A DNA stretch of 42,399 nucleotides from assembly GCA_964415975.1 (NCBI GenBank), contig CAYQCN010000004.1, positions 1 to 42,399 of the forward strand, written 5' to 3'. The position numbers and the translations under genes are program-made. The notes under the pieces are model-generated. The model was given only the letters and a program-made list of their open reading frames with translations. It was not told the origin of the DNA and made no database searches. How positions within the stretch are numbered: the stretch's first letter is position 1; each line of letters begins with the position of its first letter. Positions 1 through 8,402 of this stretch are shown piece by piece. This DNA is from an uncultured Candidatus Saccharibacteria bacterium. GTDB lineage: Bacteria; Patescibacteriota; Saccharimonadia; QS-5-54-17.

Positions 1-114
1 TACTAACACCTTTTTTTCGAAACTATACAACCATTTAGTCACGCCGGCAAAAAGTTAAGTCTACCTGCTAGTTTGTAAGCCTTGGAAGCTTAAACCCCTA
101 CAATCTCTGCTTTT

Positions 115-164
115 TTCCTTCATAAAGCCGCTGTCAAGGTCCGACCTTGACAGCGAGAATATTG
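115..164 (+). repeat. REP-like palindromic intergenic element, copy 1 (core GCTGTCAAGGTC-C-GACCTTGACAGC at 130-154)
   Basis: There is a perfect 12-bp inverted repeat around one central base. The flanks TTCCTTCAtaAAGCC and GAGAAT are shared with the copies at 8629-8669 (opposite orientation) and 17297-17358. It lies about 95 nt downstream of the aspS stop. Confidence 0.8.
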
Positions 165-247
165 AACTATGGATTTGTCAGGGCTATTGCTCCTCACACC
201 TGGCACCTCAAACTTAACAACTAACACCTACCCTCTATCAGCCTGCC

Positions 248-1630
248 TTACGCCTCAGTATTGTCTAACTTAATATGGGCGTCTTTAAGGGCCTGAAATC
301 TAGTCTCGCTAGGAGCCCCTGTGAGTGGGTCGCGGGCATCACCGGTTTTAGGAAAGGCCATCACCTCACGAATGTTGGGCTCGCCGGCTAGAACCATCAG
401 TAAGCGATCAAGGCCAAGTGCTATGCCGGCATGTGGTGGCACGCCGTAACGGAAAGCCTCAAGCATATGACCAAACCGCTTAGCCGCCTCTTCCTCGTCT
501 ATGCCAAGTGCTTCAAACACTTGATACTGCAGCTCTTGGTTGCTGATACGGACCGAGCCGCCGCCGACCTCATAGCCATTGAGAGCCAAATCATAGGCAT
601 CAGCTAAGACGTCTAGGGGAGAATCTGTGATTTTATCGACATGTTCAGACTTTGGCGCAGTAAAAGGGTGATGCATAGCTACCGTTTCGCCAGTACTCGT
701 CTCCTTCTCAAACATGGGAAAATCAACTACCCAGCAAAAGGCTAGCTCGAAAGGATTGTCTTTGTCTTTGCGTAAGTCAGGCTTATCGGTGCCGTATTGA
801 TCCATAGCCTCGGCATAGGTCATGCGCGGGAACGGGGCTTGAGTAATGTGATGCTCGGGCATGAGCGTATCGACGAGCTCGACCATCATATTCTCAACTA
901 ACTGCAGAACATCTTCTTGCTCTACAAAAGACATTTCCATATCTATCTGGGTATGCTCTGGCTGCCGATCACCGCGCTGATCTTCATCGCGTAAAGCTTT
1001 GGCTAACTGAAAATACCTGCCAATTCCACCCACCATCAATAATTGCTTAAACTGCTGTGGAGACTGAGGTAATACATAGAACTGGCCCGGGTGCAATCTC
1101 GACGGCACCAAGAATTCACGAGCCCCTTCCGGTGTGCCCTTGGTCAAAAGTGGCGTCTCTACTTCAATAAACTCATTGCTGCTTAAGTGGTTGCGCACAA
1201 ACTGGCTGACATTATGACGCAAGCGTATATTTGCCTGCATACGATCACTGCGCAAGTCCAAATACCTATACTTTAAACGTACCTCTTCATTTATATCCCG
1301 AGTGTCTTTCTTGATCTCAATTGGTAACTCGTCTGATTCCGATAAAATTTCAATTCTATTGGCCTTTACCTCGACCGCACCAGTGGTTAGATTCGGATTA
1401 ACAAACCGCTCGCCCCGCTCCTTGACCAAGCCGCTAACAGCTACCACATCTTCTGGGCTTAAGCGCGGCAGCTCATCGCTACTAATTACCACCTGCACTA
1501 AAGCAGTATGGTCTCTCAAGTCTATAAAAGCCATCTTGCCCATGTCTCTGACTGTGTGCACCCACCCACAAATCTCTACGCTATCACCAACAGTTTCACT
1601 GGTATATTTAATTGGAGTATATTTAGCCAT
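248..1630 (-). CDS. aspS: Aspartyl-tRNA synthetase, bacterial-type core lacking the GAD insertion domain
   Basis: 460-aa ORF with an N-terminal OB-fold. It carries the class II motifs FYVLPQSPQQFKQLLMVGG, RDEDQRGDRQPEHTQIDMEMSF, MHHPFTAP and GGGSVRI...GLDRL. A candidate promoter TTGCAC(1667-1662)-N17-GATACT(1644-1639) sits 8 nt from the ATG. Confidence 0.95.
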   Translation of the reverse strand: MAKYTPIKYTSETVGDSVEICGWVHTVRDMGKMAFIDLRDHTALVQVVISSDELPRLSPEDVVAVSGLVKERGERFVNPNLTTGAVEVKANRIEILSESDELPIEIKKDTRDINEEVRLKYRYLDLRSDRMQANIRLRHNVSQFVRNHLSSNEFIEVETPLLTKGTPEGAREFLVPSRLHPGQFYVLPQSPQQFKQLLMVGGIGRYFQLAKALRDEDQRGDRQPEHTQIDMEMSFVEQEDVLQLVENMMVELVDTLMPEHHITQAPFPRMTYAEAMDQYGTDKPDLRKDKDNPFELAFCWVVDFPMFEKETSTGETVAMHHPFTAPKSEHVDKITDSPLDVLADAYDLALNGYEVGGGSVRISNQELQYQVFEALGIDEEEAAKRFGHMLEAFRYGVPPHAGIALGLDRLLMVLAGEPNIREVMAFPKTGDARDPLTGAPSETRFQALKDAHIKLDNTEA

Positions 1631-1638
1631 TGTAGATT

Positions 1639-1667
1639 AGTATCACTTATCTATTGTCAGGGTGCAA
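1639..1667 (-). promoter_or_regulatory. Candidate sigma70-like promoter of aspS (TTGCAC-N17-GATACT), giving a 1-2 nt leader
   Basis: Both hexamers and the 17-nt spacer were read directly from the sequence. The -10 ends 8 nt before the aspS ATG, and no SD lies between them. Confidence 0.45.
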
Positions 1668-1690
1668 GACCGTCCCTTTTATAGCCACAC

Positions 1691-2236
1691 ATGCTACAAT
1701 ATTTCTTAATGAAATTTAGTTTCAAAAAAGCCCAACAAAAACGACAACAAGCCAAAGCCACTGAAAGACACCGAGTCTTACAGTTCATTCAAAACCACGC
1801 CGCTAAGGCAGACTTTATCAATTGGCTCAATGCCAACTACAAGCAGCAATTTCAAGAGGACAAAGAATGGGATGAAATCATTAAGTCTGTGCGTGCCAAC
1901 CAAAACATAACCACCACCGCATTACACAACTATGCGACAAGCCTCACAGACGAAGAGGATGTCAACAAGCTACTGAAAGATGTCGAAAAAGAAACCGAAA
2001 AGGCTCAAGAAACAGTTTCTAAGTTGTATGATGCAGCAGCTGCAAAAAAGTTACAACCTATAGTCGGTGGGGCCTGTATACTGGGCGGCTTCTTGCTGTT
2101 GATTGCGTCAGCTGGCTTAATTGCAGATATTACCGAGCTAGGGCTCAATGAAGACATTCGTATATATTTATCGGCTATAGCTGGACTTTATGGCCTTCTC
2201 AACGTCCTTAGCGGCTTATTGCTTACCCTAAAGTAA
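1691..2236 (+). CDS. Hypothetical membrane protein (Lys/Gln-rich N-terminal region, two C-terminal TM helices)
   Basis: 181-aa ORF whose C-terminus is hydrophobic (GGACILGGFLLLIASAGLIADI ... LSAIAGLYGLLNVLSGLLL). An alternative start at ATG 1709 is preceded by TACAAT (1695-1700). I recognised no family. Confidence 0.55.
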   Translation: MLQYFLMKFSFKKAQQKRQQAKATERHRVLQFIQNHAAKADFINWLNANYKQQFQEDKEWDEIIKSVRANQNITTTALHNYATSLTDEEDVNKLLKDVEKETEKAQETVSKLYDAAAAKKLQPIVGGACILGGFLLLIASAGLIADITELGLNEDIRIYLSAIAGLYGLLNVLSGLLLTLK

Positions 2237-3619
2237 TAATAAACTGACGCTCACTACACCCACCATTAGCAAAAACAGCATAGCCCCCCATGTCATCAAG
2301 TACAGGCTTTGAGGTGTAATGTGACGAGCCATATAGACAAAATAGCCCAGCAACAGCCATAACACTGTCACTAGCAATGATATCAGGCCAACAAATACCA
2401 ATATTAGTGCCGATAGGGCTATCAGAAATAGAGGCAGCCATGGAAAGAGCGGGGCTCTAAAAGGCCTCTCAAGGTATGGCCGCTGCTTACGAAAACGAAG
2501 CAAAGATAGAGCAATCACAATCATTACTACAAGATATACAGTGCTGCTAATATACGCCACAAATGCTATCGAATTAGTCAAAAGCAAAAACACTGCTAAA
2601 ATCGCCACCGCCAACACAGAGCGGTGGGGAACATCATTGGCATTTAAAGGCGAGAAAGCTCTCTCAAAATAGCCCTGACGGCTAAGCGCATATATTCGCC
2701 TAGAAGAGACCAATGTAGAAGCCAGTAGCGACCCCATAGTAGCGATTAATGCTGCCGGCAATACCACATAAACACCCAAGCTGCCCAGCTGCTCAGCAGC
2801 TAACAGCAAAGGCGAGCCTGATCCAGCAATAGCATCAGCTCCAACTAGATTAACCGCTGTAAACGATACCGATACAAATAGAACCATGGCTGCCAATACA
2901 CTCAGCACCAAAGCACGCGGAATATTCTTTGCCGGCTCTTTAGCCTCTTCAGCAATTGAAGCTATATACTCATAGCCAATATAGGTGCTGAACACAACTG
3001 AAACAGCTGCCAATATTGGCAGAATCTCAAAAGGCATCTGAGAAGCAAACTCTCCAACACCAAAAGCAAACTCACGGCTACCAACACCTAGAGCTACGAA
3101 AGTAAGCAACAATAAAACCAAAACTGACACGATTAGCATCTCTGCCTTGCCGGTGCTGGTAATATTTCGCATATTAACCGCCACTGCTAAACCGATAGCT
3201 CCAAGAGCAATCAACATAGGGTTGATTGGAATGAACAGATTAGCATAAAAAGCCACCCCTAGAGCATTGATCGTCAAATAGCTAACATCACCAAGTAGTA
3301 CCAGCCAGGAGAACATAAATGGATAATATTTTTTTCGGGTAGTGTTAAAAACTAACTCAATACTCGACCCAGAACGAGGAATAGTAGTGCCTAGCTCGGC
3401 ATACAACAAAGACCCTAGCAAAGCTAGAACACCACCAACAATAAATGAAATCGGTAAATATTCACCGGCTATAGCTGCACCAGGACCGATAAGCACAAAT
3501 ATGCCACCACCTACTGTGCCACTCACCCCAATCACAGACAAGGCAAACAAGCCAAGACTACGATTGAGTTTATTTTTGGGTCGATTTACATACATAAGAT
3601 TTATCAAATAGTCTAACAC
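2228..3619 (-). CDS. Amino acid/polyamine/organocation (APC) superfamily permease
   Basis: 463-aa ORF with about 12 predicted TM segments. The N-terminal GLFALSVIGVSGTVGGGIFVLIGPGAAIAG motif is typical of APC transporters. The ORF opens with GTG; an internal ATG at 3595 is also possible. Confidence 0.85.
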   Translation of the reverse strand: MLDYLINLMYVNRPKNKLNRSLGLFALSVIGVSGTVGGGIFVLIGPGAAIAGEYLPISFIVGGVLALLGSLLYAELGTTIPRSGSSIELVFNTTRKKYYPFMFSWLVLLGDVSYLTINALGVAFYANLFIPINPMLIALGAIGLAVAVNMRNITSTGKAEMLIVSVLVLLLLTFVALGVGSREFAFGVGEFASQMPFEILPILAAVSVVFSTYIGYEYIASIAEEAKEPAKNIPRALVLSVLAAMVLFVSVSFTAVNLVGADAIAGSGSPLLLAAEQLGSLGVYVVLPAALIATMGSLLASTLVSSRRIYALSRQGYFERAFSPLNANDVPHRSVLAVAILAVFLLLTNSIAFVAYISSTVYLVVMIVIALSLLRFRKQRPYLERPFRAPLFPWLPLFLIALSALILVFVGLISLLVTVLWLLLGYFVYMARHITPQSLYLMTWGAMLFLLMVGVVSVSLLLL

Positions 3620-3694
3620 GCTGCAGACTGGGTCTATATTGCAGCTGTTATGTGCTTTATAATGTATCAGGCAGGATAAACTAAAGGAGATTTT

Positions 3695-4342
3695 ATGAGT
3701 AAAACATTCTGGATAGTCGTTGCGGCGGTAGTGATAGCCTTGGTGGGGTTATTTGTAGTAACCAATGAACCAAGCGAACCGCGGGAATCGGTAGATGAGC
3801 CGTTAGAGATAACTGATGAAGACCACGCTATCGGTGACGATAACGCTCAGATTGAACTAGTGACATACAGCGACTTTCAATGTCCATCATGCGCAGCCGC
3901 AGACCCAATCGTAAAAGACCTGATAGATGAATATGGAGATGATATCCAATTTATATACCGCCATTTCCACGTAGTTCAGCCGCAAACCACTAGTCACTTA
4001 GCATCCCGTGCAGCTGTAGCAGCTGAAAATCAAGACGCCTTCTGGGAGATGCACGATCTACTGTTTGAACGACAAGATCAGTGGGCACAAAATGCCGACG
4101 CCCCAAACATAATCAATGACTATGCAGAAGAGCTAGGCCTAGACATGGAGCAATTTGAAGCTGATATTGAAGATGCAGATACAGAAAACCGTGTAGAACG
4201 AGACCTAGACATCTCACAGCAGCTAGGCCTGTTTAGTACGCCTACATTCTTCCTCAATGGCGAACAGGTTGAGCAGCCATTCAATGAGCTACCTCAGCTA
4301 GTCGCAAACGAACTAGACGCCACAGAAGACGAACAAGAATAA
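3695..4342 (+). CDS. DsbA-family thiol:disulfide oxidoreductase, membrane-anchored and very acidic
   Basis: It has an N-terminal TM anchor, a CPSC active-site motif in a thioredoxin-fold context (YSDFQCPSCAAADP) and a C-terminal STPTFFLNG motif. The SD AAGGAG lies 7 nt upstream of the ATG. Confidence 0.85.
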   Translation: MSKTFWIVVAAVVIALVGLFVVTNEPSEPRESVDEPLEITDEDHAIGDDNAQIELVTYSDFQCPSCAAADPIVKDLIDEYGDDIQFIYRHFHVVQPQTTSHLASRAAVAAENQDAFWEMHDLLFERQDQWAQNADAPNIINDYAEELGLDMEQFEADIEDADTENRVERDLDISQQLGLFSTPTFFLNGEQVEQPFNELPQLVANELDATEDEQE

Positions 4343-4364
4343 AACCTTAATTCAGCCTGTAACC

Positions 4365-5729
4365 TCAATCTAGCCACTGCTTTTGATACAGTTCGATGTC
4401 AAACTTACGCTTAAGTCCGTTGTAATTCATATACCTGACCTTGCCGAATATATCTCGCTCCGTCCATCCGCGATCGTGCAGTCCAGCTATCGACCAAAGC
4501 AAACCGACATAGCCATTAGGGTCATTGCCATCTAGGCTGTACCGATCGTTTAGATAGATTCCATGCTCCAAAGCTACTTCGGCATTTTCACTCCACTCTA
4601 ATATTTTCTTAGCCCAATACATTCTCATATAGCCATGCATTTTACCTGTCTTTACCATCTGTATTTGGGCGGCATTCCAGGCTGGATCATGAGTCTGAGC
4701 TTGCTCTAATTGATCACGTGAATATATATAGGGCCGCGGATCTACTTCATGGCGTGCGAGCGTATCTTTGGCCCACTGCGAGGCTCCACGCAAAGAGTCA
4801 TAGTCTGGATTGTAATAACAGAAATTATCGCTCAGCTCCTTACGAACGATCAACTCTTCTAGAAATGCTTCTGGCCTGGACTGAGAACGCCTCTCGACTT
4901 CTAAAGCAACCCTTAAGCTCGAAATCTGACCAAAATGAAGATAAGGACTCAAGCCAGAAAGACCATCGGCACTAGGTTCATTTCTAATCTCATCATAAGC
5001 ATCAAGCCGATTGTCTATAAAATCATCCAGCTGCGTATGCGCCGCCGTCTCCCCTGGCGTGAAAATCTGACTATAACTATCTGGCCGCTCAAGCTCATTA
5101 ATCAGGCTTCTGGCCTCATCAAAAGATACGCCTACCCCGCGCTGCTGGCTCAACCGATACGGATGATCTTGTAGCGGTTTCGGTGGCTTAAGGTATTGGC
5201 TCAATTGAGAGTTTATCTTTGGTCGCAAGGTACGGGCTCCCACCTCTTGCTTACCAGAAGCCTGCCATACCGGCACAACATTATGCGTATCTACTACATA
5301 ACAAGGCACCGACAGCTCCCTCGATAGACGACTTCTTAGTTTAGACGGATATCGAAGCGGCGAGAAGTCAAAGTAGACTGCAGATGGCTCTATGCCTTCT
5401 AGCAACCTCTTTATCGACTCAGCCGCGCCTTTAGTGGTATCGATTATAGAAAAGCCGATACCATGACGGCCAAGAGAGACTTTAACTTCTTCTAGTCCCT
5501 CGAGCATGAAGTCGTAGTGGATGGCGGTGCGGTAGCCGCTTCTGGGCTTGAGTCCAAATAAAACCCATAGCCCAACCCCGAGCTTGATAGCTGCCTGCTG
5601 CGCCTCGATTAACGCGTGGTTGTCTTGGGCGCGCTGGTCCCTGCTCATTATATACACAACCGGACCAGATTTGCCGCTCAACAACTTCACGTCGTTCAAT
5701 GGCAGGGAGCGTTTTGAATTGGTAGACAT
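4365..5729 (-). CDS. phr: Class II CPD deoxyribodipyrimidine photolyase
   Basis: 454-aa ORF with an N-terminal VVYIMSRDQRAQDNHAL motif (class II signature YWMSRDQRxQDNWAL-like). The C-terminal FAD-binding region contains HGYMRMYWAKKILEW and NDPNGYVGLLWSIAGLHDR. Its start lies 3 nt after the stop of the upstream antiporter gene. Confidence 0.9.
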   Translation of the reverse strand: MSTNSKRSLPLNDVKLLSGKSGPVVYIMSRDQRAQDNHALIEAQQAAIKLGVGLWVLFGLKPRSGYRTAIHYDFMLEGLEEVKVSLGRHGIGFSIIDTTKGAAESIKRLLEGIEPSAVYFDFSPLRYPSKLRSRLSRELSVPCYVVDTHNVVPVWQASGKQEVGARTLRPKINSQLSQYLKPPKPLQDHPYRLSQQRGVGVSFDEARSLINELERPDSYSQIFTPGETAAHTQLDDFIDNRLDAYDEIRNEPSADGLSGLSPYLHFGQISSLRVALEVERRSQSRPEAFLEELIVRKELSDNFCYYNPDYDSLRGASQWAKDTLARHEVDPRPYIYSRDQLEQAQTHDPAWNAAQIQMVKTGKMHGYMRMYWAKKILEWSENAEVALEHGIYLNDRYSLDGNDPNGYVGLLWSIAGLHDRGWTERDIFGKVRYMNYNGLKRKFDIELYQKQWLD

Positions 5730-5732
5730 ATA

Positions 5733-7406
5733 TTATTTGTGACTAGTGTCCATATATTTCATATGTAGCTTGCGAGAGCGTCTGAAATGATCGTGGGCAT
5801 CAAATCCATGACGTTTGAGCCGCCTAGATATCTCGATGCTGCCCAAGAAATGCGGCATCATCACATATGTGGCGCCCTTTTCGTAAAGCTCTCTAGCCTC
5901 ATCCTCTTCTTCAGCCTTAGCAATCACCAGGGTTTGTGGACTGCGATGTGCGATATGCGACACTACTACATTGTTTGTCTCAAAATCAGTAGCAGTAATA
6001 ATGACTGCCGAGGCGTCTTCTAGCGGCAAATCTTCCAAAAACTCGGCATCATTGGCATCACCATATTGAGCGTTAACTCCTTCTTGTCGCAACATATCCA
6101 CCACCTCCGGGTCATACTCGATTACAAGCATATCTTTACCCAACTTCTCTGCACTATCTAGCAAGCTTCTACTGCCCGACTTCAACCCAAACATTATCAC
6201 ATCATATTTATCTGATGTCTGCTGATCGCTACGGGCGTTACTCCGCTCGAATATTTTCAAGTAAGGAGCCAACCAATCGTAAAGTTTGTCAGAATAAATG
6301 ATCATATAAGTAGAGGTGGCGATAGTAATCATAGCCACCAAAGTCAGCATGGACACAATTTCATCGCCCACATAGCCGCCTTCTCGCACCAATAGTATCA
6401 ATATCAAAGAGAACTCGCTTATCTGAGAGACAGTGAGGCCGGCCTTGAAACCTATCTTTCTTGTAAAGTTAAGCAAGCCCATAATACTCATCACGATGAT
6501 TGGATTACCAATTAAAACTGCAGCAGATAGCAACAATGCTGGGCCGATATTATCACCCAATGCAGCCAAATCTAGCTCACTTCCCAAGACGATAAAGAAC
6601 AGCACTATAAAGAAGTCACGCAAAGGCCGCATCCTGGATGAAATCTCCGATGCATAAGGTGAATTAGCTAGAGCCACACCCGCAGCTAGAGCCCCAATCT
6701 CTATAGTAAAGCCGATGGCATAAGCTGCTGAGGCGACGCCAAACCCCCATCCAATCGCAAACAGAAACAAAAACTCCTGCGAGCGAGCCACGAAGTGTTC
6801 GAGCTTGGGCAACAAGAAGTGAGATAGCAAACCTATTACCACTATAAAGCCTAAACCGGCCAAAGCAGTCTGAGTTAATATAGTCGATATCTCTTGATCC
6901 TGAGCTAAAGCGGCAACCGCAATCAAGGCAGTCACTGCAACTATGTCTTGCACAAGCAGAAAGCCAATTGCCACTTTGCCATACAGACGATGGGTGTCTT
7001 TTTTGTCAGACAACAACTTCAAGATTATGATGGTGCTTGAAAAAGCCATGCCCAAAGCAATGAAGAAAGCCTCTACAGCTGAGAAGCCGAGCCAACTAGC
7101 CAGCAAAAAGCCGATACTGATCGTAAACAGTATCTGCCCCACGCCAGTCAATACAGCTATCTTACCTACTTCACGGATAATCTTTGGATTCAGGCCTAAT
7201 CCGATAATAAACAACAACAACGCAATCCCCATATGGGAAAATAGATCGACCACTTCGGTCGATTGGACCAAATCAAATACTGCCGGACCGACTAAAAGTC
7301 CGGTGATTATATGGCCGATGATGAGGGGCTGACGCAGTAACTGCATTATCGACGCAACGATGGTTGCGATGACAAGCAGAACGCTTACTTCTATAAATAC
7401 ATCCAT
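5733..7406 (-). CDS. CPA2-family cation:proton antiporter with a C-terminal RCK/TrkA-N-like domain (Kef-type)
   Basis: 557-aa ORF. The N-terminal roughly 380 aa are polytopic and Na+/H+-exchanger-like. The C-terminal soluble domain (YDVIMFGLKSGSRSL...VIITATD) resembles RCK_N but has a degenerate GxGxxG motif. Confidence 0.85.
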   Translation of the reverse strand: MDVFIEVSVLLVIATIVASIMQLLRQPLIIGHIITGLLVGPAVFDLVQSTEVVDLFSHMGIALLLFIIGLGLNPKIIREVGKIAVLTGVGQILFTISIGFLLASWLGFSAVEAFFIALGMAFSSTIIILKLLSDKKDTHRLYGKVAIGFLLVQDIVAVTALIAVAALAQDQEISTILTQTALAGLGFIVVIGLLSHFLLPKLEHFVARSQEFLFLFAIGWGFGVASAAYAIGFTIEIGALAAGVALANSPYASEISSRMRPLRDFFIVLFFIVLGSELDLAALGDNIGPALLLSAAVLIGNPIIVMSIMGLLNFTRKIGFKAGLTVSQISEFSLILILLVREGGYVGDEIVSMLTLVAMITIATSTYMIIYSDKLYDWLAPYLKIFERSNARSDQQTSDKYDVIMFGLKSGSRSLLDSAEKLGKDMLVIEYDPEVVDMLRQEGVNAQYGDANDAEFLEDLPLEDASAVIITATDFETNNVVVSHIAHRSPQTLVIAKAEEEDEARELYEKGATYVMMPHFLGSIEISRRLKRHGFDAHDHFRRSRKLHMKYMDTSHK

Positions 7407-7602
7407 TATGAGAGGGGTTTAACTATTGCGTACGAACTGTAACGACTTCTGATTGTGACTGCTGCACTATAGGTATAGCCATGCCTATACTCCTAATCCA
7501 TCACGTAAAGTGTAGATATAGCCCTACAAGCCAATCTCTAACCTGTCCGTGAAAGTTTTTATTTTTTAATAACGCTTATTTTTAGCGTCTATGTAATTAT
7601 TT

Positions 7603-7631
7603 AGTATGGCTATGAGCCAAGCTGTTGTCAA
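7603..7631 (-). promoter_or_regulatory. Candidate promoter TTGACA-N17-CATACT driving a ~190-nt leader, then the antiporter and photolyase genes
   Basis: TTGACA (7631-7626), an exact 17-nt spacer and CATACT (7608-7603) were read on the minus strand. This is the only good promoter-like site between the 93-aa gene and the antiporter start. Confidence 0.45.
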
Positions 7632-7641
7632 TAACAAATCG

Positions 7642-7923
7642 CTACAATTGCCCCCTACTAGCAACTATCTGCCTAGAGCGTAATTTTACTAATTCATACT
7701 CTAAGACCGCCATTATGCTCAAATAAGCTAAACCGCTGCCACACAAACGCAGCAAGCCAACCCCCTCAAAGGCAAGCCCTATACCGGTTGCAACCTGCCA
7801 AAGCCCAGCCAGTGGTATGGATAGCAGTAGCCATTTATATGCAGTCTTTCTCCAGGCAGCCACTCCCCCAACTATTACTAGACCTAAACTTAAAGCCGCT
7901 CCTAATAAATGTAATGTAAGCAT
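7642..7923 (-). CDS. Small hypothetical membrane protein (3 TM helices)
   Basis: 93-aa ORF that is hydrophobic throughout. I recognised no family. Confidence 0.55.
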   Translation of the reverse strand: MLTLHLLGAALSLGLVIVGGVAAWRKTAYKWLLLSIPLAGLWQVATGIGLAFEGVGLLRLCGSGLAYLSIMAVLEYELVKLRSRQIVASRGQL

Positions 7924-8210
7924 CTCAATAATTTTGAATCTTAATCGCTTAAACTTATACGTCTAGTCTAACATCACCCAAAGAAATAGGCGCTAAACAA
8001 ATAATAAAAGTGACATAAAATGCCAAACAATATTATATGAAAGCGCCACGCACCTAGACTGTAAGTTAATCCAAAAAGAGTATTTCTAGGGTAGTTACAC
8101 TCGACAAACAAACTGATATAGCCTGCCAAAATAGAGCAAAATTGGTTTGGGCAAGGCCGGAGTCAGTAACTATACAAGCTCTAACACCAACTCCGGCGTT
8201 GCCACAACAC

Positions 8211-8357
8211 TCAACCTCTGCCGCAGCTAGGACAGGTGCCCTTGCCGCCACAAGGCGAACAGGTCTGAGCTCCTACGCCGAAATGGGATCCGACTTTGCC
8301 ATGCCCGCCGCAAGACTTGCAGCCGCCCTTGTTGTTGCATGTCGAGCAAACAGCCAA
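8211..8357 (-). CDS. 48-aa zinc-finger miniprotein with four CxxC motifs (DnaJ cysteine-rich-domain-like, CxxCxGxG)
   Basis: My own translation is (TTG)M-AVCSTCNNKGGCKSCGGHGKVGSHFGVGAQTCSPCGGKGTCPSCGRG-stop. An in-frame TGA lies 2 codons upstream of the TTG. The SD-like AGGCGGTGA matches 8 of 9 positions of AGGAGGTGA and sits 6 nt upstream of the TTG. The promoter is at 8403-8430. The ORF is absent from the supplied track, whose ORFs are all 60 aa or longer. Confidence 0.7.
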   Translation of the reverse strand: MAVCSTCNNKGGCKSCGGHGKVGSHFGVGAQTCSPCGGKGTCPSCGRG

Positions 8358-8402
8358 GGCTGTTCACCGCCTCTCTTTAGTCGATTGCAAGGTGCCACTT
8401 TA

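Noticed and set aside
130-154. The palindrome as an SRP RNA/4.5S-like or tRNA-like gene fragment, or as a plain intrinsic terminator
   Set aside because: It resembles the SRP domain IV sequence only in a GGTCCG string, and there is no tRNA T-arm or acceptor structure. No T-tract follows on either strand, and the orientation relative to the upstream gene differs between copies.
7407-7602. Possible riboswitch (for example c-di-AMP/ydaO-type) in the roughly 190-nt leader of the K+/H+ antiporter gene
   Set aside because: I could not find the conserved ydaO-type core sequences or a pseudo-symmetric helix arrangement by eye. Only short, weak hairpins are present. A covariance-model scan would be needed to exclude it formally.
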